Positions 37,079-49,339 of a stretch of DNA of 64,000 bases are shown one piece after another. How positions within the stretch are numbered: position 1 is the first letter of the stretch; every line of letters begins with the position of its first letter. Under the pieces are notes generated by a model, which did not search any database, was not told where the DNA came from, and saw nothing but the letters and a program-made list of their open reading frames with translations. Made by a program: the position numbers and the translations under genes. Origin of the DNA: Podarcis erhardii (lineage: Eukaryota); assembly GCA_964252035.1 (NCBI GenBank), contig OZ176200.1. One strand, 5' to 3'.

Positions 37079-38119
37079 ATTTAGACACAAGGTGTTTCCA
37101 GATTGCTGTTGATTACACAGTTTAGAGTTGATTTGGTGCTCTTGCGCAACAAATCCATTCCAGCATCTAGCCTGCAATATCGGACATTTTGTGATCAGGA
37201 AAGTGATGGGAAAATGCACTTGAAAATGTGGGATAATGCTAGCTGGATGCCATGTTACCTAACCTCCCTGCAAACATATCAGAATGAATGCTCAGGGAAC
37301 AGTTGCTATTGTCCATGCAGCCTGCAAACTACCGTATGTGGAAACAAATCATTATGACAGCTCAATAAACAGGTCGTCTGGAAGCAACCACACTGGATAT
37401 CAGATACCAGGGCTGTTTGCCTATTTTTTCCTGGGGGGAAAATCTCAACCTGACGCGGGTCGTTTACAAAGTGGGATGAGCAGAAAGGAACAAGTGAACC
37501 AGGCTATACCATTTTTATTTGAAAAATGTAATTTACCAACTCCAAACCTACTTGATATAGACTAGTTTTTATTTTTCTTTTCTTTTTCCTCTTCTTTACT
37601 GAGGGGAGGGGCAGAAGGTTGTGTGAGAACTCATGATTTGTGCTCATGTGAGATATTTCACCTTAGAAAGGAACTTATTAATATTTCTACAATATGTTGA
37701 AACTATACTGAAGGTTTGAAAAAAGAAAGCAAAAGTGGAAATAAATGGAAATCTCAACGAAATCTTAGAGTTAAATGCAGAGAAATTGTGTATCTAATGA
37801 TTTGTAGGCTGTCCTAAAATTCATTGTTTGTCCCCAAACTGAGAATTTAAACCTGCAATTGACTCTTCAGAGCAAACTTTTCAAAATGGCTGCAGCTAAT
37901 TTTACCCCACTCTGACAAATAGTAAAACTGGAAAAAAGAATCACCAAACTTACAGATGGCCCCATTGGAAAATAGTATTTGAAAGGCTTCTTTATTCAGA
38001 ATGTCATTGAGTAAACTCAGTACTATACCAACAAAGCAAAACAAAAAGTAAGGTTTTTTTTTATTATTTGTATAAAATATATTATTCTTTCAGGCTGTAC
38101 TGAAATAGTTCCTATTTAA

Positions 38120-38507
38120 NNNNNNNNNNNNNNNNNNNNNNNNNNNNNNNNNNNNNNNNNNNNNNNNNNNNNNNNNNNNNNNNNNNNNNNNNNNNNNNNN
38201 NNNNNNNNNNNNNNNNNNNNNNNNNNNNNNNNNNNNNNNNNNNNNNNNNNNNNNNNNNNNNNNNNNNNNNNNNNNNNNNNNNNNNNNNNNNNNNNNNNNN
38301 NNNNNNNNNNNNNNNNNNNNNNNNNNNNNNNNNNNNNNNNNNNNNNNNNNNNNNNNNNNNNNNNNNNNNNNNNNNNNNNNNNNNNNNNNNNNNNNNNNNN
38401 NNNNNNNNNNNNNNNNNNNNNNNNNNNNNNNNNNNNNNNNNNNNNNNNNNNNNNNNNNNNNNNNNNNNNNNNNNNNNNNNNNNNNNNNNNNNNNNNNNNN
38501 NNNNNNN
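38120..38507. other. Assembly gap (N run)
   Basis: About 388 N. Confidence 1.
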
Positions 38508-39748
38508 CACTATGCTTCTTTTTTAAGCTGTTTGCAAATAGCAATAAATGAAACTGTCTCACAGTAGGAAGGAAGTTTAGTTATATACACATTAGGCAAA
38601 TGGGGAAAAAAGTTAATTTTAATATGCTTTTCAAGAATTAAAAACAAACTAACAACAGCAACAGTACTTGATGCTTTCAAAAAATAATAATCAGCATTTT
38701 CATACTGTGATTTAAATTTATTTTAATTAAGGATTATTCTCTATTCCAAAGCACTTATGCCAAAGTAAATCAAGAAGAAATTCACTGAATACATTGCAGG
38801 TGTGCCATGTTGAAAACCTTGCAGTAAGGTCAAAACTAAGGCCATGGTCTATTACATCCCTAAATCCTGGGCATTAAAATATCATCCATTCAATTTAAAA
38901 GCATCCTAAGTTGCAGCAGGGGAGTATTTTATTTTTTAAAGCATTTATATTTTAAAATGTGAATTAATAGTTAAACTTGATTTTGCAAAATGAAGCAGCA
39001 GGAAACCTAGAAGTACAAAAAACAGCCCATAAATAGGAAAACAATTTCTGCATGTGTATTTCCATTTTAAATTACTAAGCAATTCATCTTACTCGATGAA
39101 TTCGTTTAATGAGAAAGTGAACACATTTGATATCTTATTTTGGAAATTTTGCTGCCCTGTCTTTTTTGTTTGTTTGCCAATGTGGTGATATTTTTAAGTT
39201 TGAAACAATGGTAGTTTCAAGTTAGATGAGATCTAGAGGCTGAACTGAAGGAGAAATTGAAGCTGTGGGAGGAAGAAAGGGTGGCTGGACTTGTTGGGCT
39301 TTCTGCTAAGTTCTGCTGCGGAAAGACATACCTGGCTCTGCTAAATCTGGATCTTACATTTAGACAAGGAAAGACTAAATGTGTGGGGTGGTCAGTGTCA
39401 AGTGATAAGTGCTCTTATTTACTGGAAAGGAAACATGTGTATCAGTGAAATGATGTAAAATAGGTGGTTGTGAGTAGAAAGGAAGACTTAAATAGGCCCA
39501 GGTGGCTTGGTAAACACTTTTTAGAACCTCTGTTCTATGACATTCTGTTAACAGCTGAAATCTCCAGTAGGTATGTCTGTGCTAAGCTGGACAGTTATTT
39601 TATTAAGTCATGCACTGTCTATTTGCCTTGACATTCTTTCCATATTCCTTGCATATGGAAAGGCATGTGTTTGTGTGTGTGTGCTTAGAGTCCAGAGTCT
39701 TCCAAGATATGTCTCATGCCTACGGTGAAAGAATGAGCTGGCGAGGTA

Positions 39749-39928
39749 CAGTGTTACCTTGGTTTTCGAATGCAATACGTTCCAGAAGACCATTCGAGTT
39801 CCGAAACGTTCAAAAACCAAAAACTCAATACGGAAATCTCAATACGGAAGCATTTACTTCCGGGTTTATGGCGTTCGAAAAACCGAAACGTTCGTCAACG
39901 GAAACATTCGGAAAGCGAGGTACCACTG
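39749..39928. mobile_element. Tc1/mariner (Tigger-like) MITE, CpG-rich
   Basis: TA|cagtgttacctt ... gaggtaccactg|TA. Confidence 0.88.
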
Positions 39929-41992
39929 TATATGGTTGGAGCTTAAGATGAGGCCAAATGGATGCTAAATAAGTCATGGAGAGAGTTCCTTCTCATTATA
40001 TTCCTGATATTGAAAAGGGACTGTCATTAATGGAGACCTGGATCCTTCCCGTTTCCAGCATTAAAAATCTTTCACCACAAAGGCTACTTGTCAATTCTAC
40101 CACAGCACAAAAACATTTTGAAGTCTGCCAGATATAAAATTCAGGATGTCCAAATAGATTTTGTCTTCAAACATTGTTTTACCTGTTTTTCCCTTTGTGC
40201 CCACCCTGGTGGAGAATAGTTGTGTTTTATGTATTCTGCTGGGAGCAGAACTAAAAGATTCTACAGATAAAAAGGTTGCTATAAGATGTTGTGCTGAAAG
40301 ACTAAAACAGGCAAGTACTGGAAAAGAAAGAAAGAAAGAAAATATGCTACACAACCCAGCAGAGTATGAAAGTAATTAAAATAGTTTAAAGAGAATGCTA
40401 ACATGCAGAACCTAAAATTTGCCTTTATCTAACAGTATCTTTGTTCATATCAACGTTCCTTTTGTTCTGTATTACATAGATAGTAATTCTTCAACATCAA
40501 CCGTAACAGCAAAAATTCAAATACTGAACTACTAATTAAGCACAGTAATATTTATAAGGTGTTAGTTTATTCTGCAGATATGAACACTTAATTTAACACA
40601 CAAATACAATAAAAGTATAAAATGCTTTTCATAGGGGGGAGGAGACAACAGAGCAGTGAATAGTGAACCATAGTCAATGGAATGAAGAAATGTTTTTCAT
40701 TTCCAGAAGTAGCATACTATTTCAATAATATGACAGACACTGTATGCTTGTAAGAGAAAGCTAATTTTTTAAACAAAAATCGTGATGGCTGCTGTATAAA
40801 TATGCATGTAAAGAGTTTTTAAGGCTAATATTTTTTAATGCTTTTTTTTTTTTTAATTGAATAAAGACACAGTGACTGGTGTGGAACAGAATTGATTCAA
40901 GAGATATTTCCTGAACCATTAAAAAAAAAAAAAGTACACCCAGTGCCTACTCAGAACAAAACATTTCCCTTTGTTATTGGCTCAGCCATGAAAAACCACA
41001 ACACAACAATGAACAAATGGATTAAAAATGCCCATTGAGACACATAAATTTGTGACCAGGGTGAAGCTAGCCATTAGAGAAGTAAATTTCTATGGATAAA
41101 ATTGTCTCTCCAGTTTATTTGTGGGAGAAAATAGATCTGTTTTAAAATAAATAAATCTGTTTTAAAATAAGAGAGGGAGTACAAAAGACTTCAAAGCATT
41201 CATTCCACCTATTACACAAATTCAAAATACTTCAGCTGATGAGAAAAAGAGCCCCAGAAAGGAATGTTCAGGCATATTTACAAACTTCACTTGGCCTTTA
41301 AGGTGGCAATCCCATACCTATTTACCAGGGAGTAAGCCCTATTGTGCTCAATGGGAATGACTTCTGAGTAGACACGCAGAAGATCATGCTGTTAGTTTGG
41401 GAACCTAATATTTAACTAACGCCTATCTACTTATCACTGTTGTTGGGGTTGTGTCACTTCAGACTGCAGGTGGGAGCCCACATCACTTAAATGATCTTTC
41501 ATACAATAATGGGGTGGGGGACCCTTTCACATCCACTAGATAACGGGGGGGGGGGGGGGAGTAGCCTTAAATGAATAGTCAGTCATGTGAACCCATACCT
41601 ACAATTTGAAATGATTCGGCCCAGACCTGAGAAATCGGGTTGGCAAAAACAGAACTCCACAGCACCTTCTGGTGACACAGTGTTATAATGCATATACAAC
41701 ACATACAAAAAACCGCTTTTTCTTTGTCAATGTAGCTGAGTCCACGGGCTCACCAAATCAGTGACATGTTCTATTTATTTATCAAATTTATACCCCACCC
41801 TTCCTCCCAAAGGATCTAACTGGTTTCCAGAACTTTCTGGTCATTGAACTTAACAGACTGAACTGTGAAACAAAAGTAATAATAACTTTCACTATTGCTA
41901 TTGTTTTCTGGTATACCGCCCTGAAATCCTCATTTGATATTTTAATTAAGTACATAAATATTGATACTGGTTTTATCCAATTATCTATTGCA

Positions 41993-42006
41993 GTTACCAT
42001 GGCAAC
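41993..42006. promoter_or_regulatory. RFX X-box motif
   Basis: GTTACCATGGCAAC matches the consensus GTTRCCATGGYAAC exactly; lies in repeat-free sequence. Confidence 0.5.
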
Positions 42007-42445
42007 ACATATTCCCCTGACATAAAGGGTGGAGTTGGGAGTGGGACAAAGTTTGCTGACACTAGACAGCAATCAGTCAGGAGTTGATGTGGTGCTTAAT
42101 TTGTGTACAAGCTGACTGACAGTGACATAGATCACTTTCTATACTGTGACACTGACACGCAGCAAAATTACACTCCACCTCACAAGGGTTCTCTGAAAAA
42201 CAAAAAACCCCTGGTAATTCTCTAAGCTGGGTGTTGATTTTATAAATTTATCTGTACCTCAGCCATGCAGTGAGTGAATTGCTCTCAATTTGTATATGCT
42301 GTGAGGAACTTCAAAAATATTCACACTCCCCACTTTTTAGAAGCTCCCATATAATTAAACTGTTTTCCAGCTTATCTGAAACCCTGAACAATAGACAGCA
42401 TAGATCCCATTTTGAAAAAGGTACAAAAGCAAGCATCAGGCACCC

Positions 42446-42500
42446 AGCTCAGTCAGTAGAGCATGAGACTCTTAATCTCAAGGTTGTGGGTTCAACCCTT
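42446..42500 (+). pseudogene. tRNA-Lys(CTT)-derived fragment (pseudo-tRNA or SINE head)
   Basis: agctcagtcagtagagcatgagactcttaatctcaaggttgtgggttcaaccc aligns to tRNA-Lys-CTT D, anticodon and T arms; acceptor stem not formed; CpG-decay changes present. Confidence 0.85.
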
Positions 42501-42615
42501 GTCCACTTTCCCCAAAGATTGGTCTTTTTGCGATGATGGGGAAATACACTGACAGCAATGGCATCTAATCTGCCCTGCAAGCAAATCAGATTGAATCTGT
42601 ATTAAAAGAACTAGT

Positions 42616-42966
42616 AAAGGTAAAGGGACCCCTGACTATTAGGTCCAGTCGTGGCCGACTCTGGGGTTGCGGCGCTCATCTTGCTTTATTGGCCGAGGGA
42701 GCCAGCGTACAGCTTCCAGGTCATGTGGCCAGCATGACTAAGCCGCTTCTGGCAAACCAGAGCAGCGCATGGAAACGCCGTTTACCTTCCTGCGGGAGCG
42801 GTACCTATTTATCTACTTGCACTTGGACATGCTTTCGAACTGCTAGGTGGGCAGGAGCAGGGACCGAGCAATGGGATCTCACTCTGTCGCAGGGATTCAA
42901 ACCGCCGACCTTCTGATCGGCAAGTCCTAGGCTCTGTGGTTTAACCCACAGTGCCACCCGTGTCCC
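42616..42966 (-). mobile_element. Full-length Sauria SINE
   Basis: Complete head to tail; 16-bp TSD tattaaaagaactagt (42600-42615, 42967-42982). Confidence 0.95.
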
Positions 42967-43050
42967 TATTAAAAGAACTAGTTTCCCTGCAAATAAATCA
43001 GGATGGCTGCTCAACAAACAGGTCATATAAAATTGTGCTCTTTCTTTGTG

Positions 43051-43051
<1 letters not shown>

Positions 43052-43090
<39 letters not shown>
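43052..43090. repeat. (CT)n(CA)n compound microsatellite; other microsatellites at 21503-21543 (CA), 44622-44677 (CT/GT), 51490-51518 (GT), 60771-60797 (CA), 63487-63518 (GT)
   Basis: Read directly from the sequence. Confidence 0.9.
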
Positions 43091-43091
<1 letters not shown>

Positions 43092-43159
43092 TGCTATAAC
43101 TGAATTGCAGTTTGAAAACTTTTACAATTCCATCATTCCTAGCTTTTGTTCTTGGTAAA

Positions 43160-43283
43160 AGGGTGAGCTCCCGTTGTTCTGTCCCAGCTCCTGCCAACCT
43201 AGCAGTTTGAAAGCACACCAGTACAAGTAAATAAATAGGTACTTATTTATCCAGGGTCCTTTACCTACCTTTTACCTTTTACC
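43160..43283 (+). mobile_element. Truncated, internally deleted Sauria SINE
   Basis: gggtgagctcccgttg...ataaataggtac joined to the tail ccagggtcctttacc; 10-bp TSD tcttggtaaa. Confidence 0.8.
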
Positions 43284-43373
43284 TCTTGGTAAACCATGAT
43301 GGCTATATTAAACATAACAATGCATTTTAAGCCACTGTTCCCTTTTACTGTTTCTTTAATGGTACAATCAACG

Positions 43374-43462
43374 GTGTAATCCTATATGTGTCTACTCAGA
43401 AGTAATCCCATTTGAGTTCACTGGCGCTTACTCCCAGGCCAAAGTGTGTACAGGATTGCAGC
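43374..43462. repeat. Short (about 85 bp) palindromic dispersed repeat; other copies near 17137-17222, 17430-17510, 21250-21330, 23824-24085, 26516-26824, 41307-41395
   Basis: Imperfect hairpin tgtaatcct...gtctactcagaagtaa..cattgagttca..cttactcccagg...aggattgca, recurring through the window. Confidence 0.7.
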
Positions 43463-44294
43463 TTTAGTTACAAACCACTGCTGCGATAACTTTCTTTCAA
43501 CAGCAAATTCAAAATATGAATCTTTAGAGATTAGAAACCTAGAGCTGAAAAGCCCTTTAAATGAACTAAGAAAAAGCAACATATCTGCTCACGTATATGA
43601 CATTTCTCTGTATTGATCTGAAGACCCAAATCAATTCACTTGTACTTTTTCAGTATCATAATACTAATCTTAAACATTACAGGAAAAGCAGGGTGGCTCG
43701 AACCATCAAGATGCATTAGAATTTCTAACCATAGACTTACAATTTGTAGCTACCATTCAACCTTTCTTTTCCTTTCGGCTTGCTCAGCCATTTCACAACT
43801 GCCTCCTCAGATTTACCAATCAAGTTTTGCTTTTCTGTGTCAGGAATAGGGATTAGTATTTTGGACCTACTTTTACTGTACTGTGAATTAGACTTCTCAA
43901 GTAAACATATTAGGAAATTATTTATATGGTGCAAATTATGTTTTTCACCTCTCATAGTATATAGACCCTTCCATTTTATTTTATTTAGCAACAAACCCAT
44001 GTGGATTTTTGACTGTGCAAGCCCACCTCATCATAAAATTTAGTACGTGAATGAGAGTTCATTGGTGTGTCAATGGGAGCTTTGCCCCCAATTTTCTTAT
44101 GTGAGATTTTCAGTAGCTTTTGCCTTGGAACAAAATTAAACACCTAGAATAAAATTAATCATAGCTATTGCCTGAATACATCTGGCCCTCCAGATGTTGC
44201 TGGACGACAGCTTCCACCATTCCTTATTGTTGTCCATCCTGGCTGGGACCCAAGGCATTGGGGTCCAGCACCATGGTTCCCTGATCCTGCTTTA

Positions 44295-44435
44295 GTTATT
44301 ATTATTTTTTACATTTATATCCTACCTTTCCTTCAAGGAGCTCAAGGCGGTAGACGTGGTTTTCCTGCTTCCCTAATTTTATCACCACAAGAACCCTGTG
44401 AAGTAATTTAGGCTGAAAGACAGTGACTGGCCCAT
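44295..44435 (-). mobile_element. MIR/CORE-like SINE 3' part; a separate L2-like tail follows at 44470-44580 (+)
   Basis: tttatcaccacaagaaccctgtgaagtaatttaggctgaaagacagtgactggccca resembles the MIR-type segment. Confidence 0.55.
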
Positions 44436-44615
44436 AATAATGTAAATATGGGGGAAGTGGAGTTATTGTTTGTTTTTATTATGTATTTTGGATTGTTTAT
44501 CTTGTATTTTTATGTTGTGAACCGCCCTGAGATCTGAGGATGAAGGGTGGTATACAAATTTAATACAAAATAAAATATAATAAATAACATGCTTAATTTC
44601 AAGGAGAACTAAACA

Positions 44616-44677
<62 letters not shown>

Positions 44678-46169
44678 TAGTAAATGGGGTTTATTCGAGG
44701 AACAGTTTCAGTAAACCTTGATACTACTTTTGTGGCCATAAACTAACACCCCAGTCCAATGTCTACATTCATATTTAAAGGTCAAGGAAAAGGATGTATT
44801 GCTATTGCTTAACTATCAAACATAGTTGGAAGAATTCCTATTTTCCACACTGAGTACTTCCTAAACTGTATTTCTAGTTGTGAAAAAGCAAAAACACCTG
44901 TCACATAATAAAAGGCATAATAGCATATGCAAAGTCTGAGTTCCTGAATGTGAATGCTTACGATATAGTTCTAAAACTGCCGTTTTCCGCCCTCCCTGTA
45001 TGCTTATAAAAAAGTCCCCCATGGTAGTGTGGAAAACACTTTTAAAAAGTCCTAGGGGGAAGGTTTCCTAGAGACTTTGAAATCCTTCCTATTTCTGGTT
45101 TCTTTGGAGGTTTGTAAAATCAGCTCTCTTCTGCTGTCTCTCAACAAGGTAAAAAAAAGGGAAAGAAAAATACCCCCTAGATATATTCCTTAGATTTTCT
45201 ATTATGCTTCACAGGTTTTATACAGTTTCTGAAGTCAGTCTTATTTTTTTATTGTCTTTTTTATTTTGATCACTTTCTCAACCACCCCAAAAGGGAGGGA
45301 ATTAATATTTTTGAAACACTTCTGTGGGCATTATCAATTTAAAGGTCATGACTCAGGTACGATGATAAACTGAAATAAGGAAGAATTGCATTAAATTAGG
45401 GAGATTACCTATGGAATTCCTAAATTAAGTAAGGGAAGGGAATTACATATGGAACCACCCTTTCGTCTAAGTTTCATACCTTCCCAGATAACTAGCAGAG
45501 TAAAATTCTACAATGAAAAGACTAGCTACTTAATTCAGATCAATTAGAGCTGCCATTTCAAAAAGGAAAAACCAGGGCATTCCCAAAGTTTTTGAGCTCC
45601 CCCCCCCCAAAAGCCCCGAAAATGCAATTTTTCGATTGACTTGTCTAAGATCCAGGACAAGGCACCACCTTTTGGAAATCCCCTGGATATCAATTCCACT
45701 ATTGAAATCCTGGAAATGTATGGCAACCCTAGACCAATACAGACAATTTAGCTCACAGCCCTGCTAGTAGGCTCTCATTGTTTCCTTGGGGTTGTTAGGT
45801 TGCTATGTGTGCCTGTGCAGAAGTCACAACTGGCTGAATCCTGCTAACATGGTCTAGACCAGGGCTGGGGAATATGTGGCTCTCCAAAAGTTGTTAGGCT
45901 ACAATTCCCATCATCCCTGATCATTGGCCATGTTTGGTAGGGCTGATGGGATTTGCAGTACAATGATATCTGAAAGGTGTCTCTGTTTCTTCAGAGTCCC
46001 TTCTCCAAGGGATGATCTACATATAACTCTAAACAAATAATGTCCTGTTGTGTCTTAAATAAATACTAACAGCAGTTGCAGGAGAGCCTAATTTTCAGCA
46101 GAACCATGGCATTTAGGGAGGGGAGGTTTAATTCTCCCTCCCTGCTGTGGTCATGACAAAAAGACGCAA

Positions 46170-46302
46170 CAGCAAGATTGGACTACTGCAATGCCCTCTA
46201 TATGGGATTTCCCTTGCACATGCTCCTGGAAACTTCAGCTATTGCAGAATGCTGCAGCATAGTTGCTTACAGGAGTGAGACCCTGTCAGCATGTAACACC
46301 AT
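46170..46302 (+). mobile_element. L2 ORF2 fragment
   Basis: Translates SRLDYCNALYMG..KLQLLQNAAA*LLTGVRPCQHVTP with a frameshift. Confidence 0.8.
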
Positions 46303-47080
46303 TCTGTGGGAATTTTAAATGAAATTAATTCATAGATCTGGTGGACAAAGAAGCTATATTTTTAACACCTCCTTTCTGCTCTCTGATTTGGTTTTCAGGA
46401 TGTGGTGAATTTGGAAAGTGCTTTTGTTTTAATTGTGTTTCTCATGGGATAGCATTTTCATTATGCAATTGTGCTTTATTTTAATTTCTTGTTGTGAAAG
46501 TTTGTGGGGTATATTTGCATGAAGGTCGATGTTCAAATATTTTAAAGAAATACATTAATGCTTGCCTTCCTAATCCTTAACTCAAACTGTTCATTCTTCC
46601 TCCAGGTTCCTCTTTGTCAGTCGTTCTTAGTATTGAATCATTGCCTTTTCCCGTTTTGTTTCCAACATTTTAGGACCTGCCGCCAGCGTTCATTCTGCCC
46701 TGTGTGAAGTTTTAATCCCAACCCAACTAACAACTTTCCCTCTCCTTACAGAAGATGACCTGTAATCTGTTTAGGTTCCTGAGAAACTGAAGGTTTTTCA
46801 ACCATACCATCCCAGACATATGGAAGCTTCACCTCTAAAAAAGAAAAGAAAAAAAAAGATTTTCTTTTCCTGCTTCCTGTAATAGTGTGTGAATTTTACT
46901 TTCTAGAACTAAGTGTTTTGAAACTGACTAGTTCAATTGATTTGGCATCTGCTTTCCCCCTCATCATTTATGATTCAACATTGCCCAGACTTTGAGTCTA
47001 TGTTATATTTTAGAGCCTAGTTAACATAGTAGTAGCATTCATATGGAAAGAGGACACTGAGGGTGAACTGTTTAAAGGAT

Positions 47081-47283
47081 TCCTTCCAGTAGCACCTTAA
47101 AGACCAACTAAGTTAGTTCTTGGTATGAGCTTTCGTGTGCATGCACACTTCTTCAGATACGTGTGCATGCACACGAAAGCTCATACCAAGAACTAACTTA
47201 GTTGGTCTTTAAGGTGCTACTGGAAAGAATTTTTTTATTTTGTTTTGACTATGGCAGACCAACACGGCTACCTATCTGTAACT
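47081..47283. mobile_element. Penelope-like element insertion with inverted 5' pseudo-LTR (65-bp perfect inverted repeat)
   Basis: 47084-47148 is the exact reverse complement of 47161-47225, with a 12-nt spacer. 15-bp flanking duplication aactgtttaaaggat (47066-47080, 47280-47294). 3' end shared with 31061-31158. Confidence 0.9.
47123..47160 (-). ncRNA. Minimal type I hammerhead ribozyme motif (Penelope-associated)
   Basis: Minus strand GUAU-CUGAAGA-A-GUGUGC(AU)GCACAC-GAAA-GC-UC^AUAC: stem I GUAU/AUAC, CUGANGA box, palindromic stem II, GAAA box, 1-bp stem III with palindromic AGCU. Predicted cleavage between 47127 and 47126. Confidence 0.8.
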
Positions 47284-47622
47284 GTTTAAAGGATAATTAA
47301 CATGCATTAAGCTTATCGTATTCTGGCTTGCCTCACTCTTACAGATGTGTACATACAACTTCCTCTGCTCTTAGGCTTTCCTCACTACTACAACCAACAA
47401 CAAAAGAACTGAGTGTGGCAATTGCTAAATTGTTAGGCTTGCATAAAAATGTGAATTTGAAAAAAGAAAGCTAAGGCTGCACTCAAATTCAGTGTAAACA
47501 GCAAATAAGAATAATAATAAATTAAAAATAAAATAAAATTTAAGGCACCAATGTAAGTTGTCATCGTTCTCTCAATACAGCTTTATACAACCAAGATTGT
47601 TGTGAAACATTTGCAGTTAGAA

Positions 47623-47981
47623 CAGGGGGTGGGATAGCTCAGGCCTAAGGGCCAAATGAGGTCCTATTTGACCCTTGGGACTCTCCACAAACCACACCCA
47701 CTCCCCAGTCACAACACCTGTCCTTAGGCAGCACTCCCCAGCAGTCCTGCTTCACAACTTCCTTGAGTGTTTTTGCCTAGCTGGAACATGTCCTTGAATT
47801 CTGATTATGTCTTTTGCCTGCTTTGGTGGAAGATACCGCTATGTGTACAAAAGTAAAATATACATTTCATTGCTTTGCCCACTTTTTGGCTCTGGTTCCA
47901 TCTTACCACTGGCAAGTAGTCCCTGGAATGTTGCCCAGAAGGGAACACAGCCCTTGGGTTGCAAAAGGTCCCCCATCTCTG
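47623..47981. mobile_element. Old hAT-like non-autonomous element
   Basis: Ends cagggggtggga.. / ..ccccatctctg; no clean TSD. Confidence 0.45.
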
Positions 47982-48344
47982 AACGTGAGAAGTTGAATGC
48001 CCTCCATAAAGGATAAAACATGTCACTCTGTACAGTAATCAAGAAGAGCTGAAGAAACGACTTCTTTGCCATACAAATTGCAATCTGCATAGAGGTAGAA
48101 TATGCTAACTCTGGAAACAAGTGTTTTAAATGTCTAGTCAAACGGAATCTACTATCTTTCTGGAACTTCCTGAGATGTATTGATGACATTTACATAATCT
48201 GAGCAAGGAAGAAAATGCTTGTCACATTCCGCTGAGACTTCAGTGACTTCTCCCCCACTATTCACCTGAATCCACAGCAGGTTTGCTTTCTGGACACTAC
48301 AGCGACTAAGCAATTGGCATATAAATGCCACCTTAAACCAGACA

Positions 48345-48692
48345 CATAGCCTACAACATTTCTCCAATGAAAATAGGGATGTTCCATTCCATAATAATAA
48401 TTTTACTATTTATACCCCACACATCTTACTGGGTTGCCCCAGCACTCTGGGCAGCTTCCAACATATATAAAAACATAATAAAACATTGAACATTTTTTTT
48501 AAAAAAAATTCCCTATACAGGATTGCCTTCAGATGGCTCAGGAGTTGAATAACCCCATACCCTCCAACATTTCTCCTATGAAAATAGGACCATCCTAAGG
48601 AAAAGCGGGACATTCTGGGATCAAATCAGGAACTAGGACAGCTTCTCTAAATCAGGGACATCCCTGGAAAATAGAGACATTTGGTGGGTCTG
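48345..48692. mobile_element. Composite MITE-like element containing an L2 3' tail (about 48391-48535, minus)
   Basis: 24-nt block caacatttctcc(a/t)atgaaaatagg occurs at 48354-48377 and 48565-48588, flanking an L2 tail; right end ttggtgggtctg. Confidence 0.6.
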
Positions 48693-49339
48693 TAGACAGC
48701 TACTAACTAATAAACATAGCTGCATGCATTTCCCCAGAGAACACTGCATGATTTATCTTCTATAGTCAGCTAAGGATACTGTGCCTAACAGGTTTATATC
48801 AGGCATTCATGAAACAAGAAATCCCCATTCAGTTAAGGGAAGTGACAGCTTGACAAGGACCAACTTGTGGGCAGGGCATGACCAGTCAGTGGTCTACTAC
48901 AAGGCAGTGGTCTACTGTTGGCCAGACCTATAAACCTGGCATGGGATTTTCCCACTGCAAGGGCCTGACTTTCCTTCATTTGTGTATCGAGAGCTTTGTT
49001 TGCTTATTTTTGGAATATACTTTTTATTCATTTTCATCTTTACATGAGAGGTTGTTTTGTGTACATTTGAGAATATGACATGCACAATTACATTAAATAA
49101 AAAATAAGCACTCAGATAAATGTTTCTGAATAGCAAAGTTGAGTTGAAGTATATATACTAAAATTATTACAGTTATTACAGGTTGCTTAGATTGGTGACC
49201 ATAGAAGTTATAGGAATTTATAGGAACGCAGTGCTGTAAACTAAGAGTAGTGTTCTGCCATATGCCTCATTATTTGTATAACCAATAAAGTCACACCAGA
49301 CTGCATTAAAATAGTTGTGTTTCTTTTGACCTGTTACTA

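Noticed and set aside
7270-41680. CTCF-like words (ccagcagggagc near 7279; gcaccttctggtga near 41662)
   Set aside because: One to three mismatches to the core; expected by chance.
42446-42500. Functional tRNA-Lys gene
   Set aside because: Acceptor stem and 3' end missing; T-arm mutated.
47084-47225. Perfect hairpin as a microRNA gene
   Set aside because: Fully explained by Penelope 5' inversion with a TSD; no bulged pre-miRNA features or evidence of conservation.
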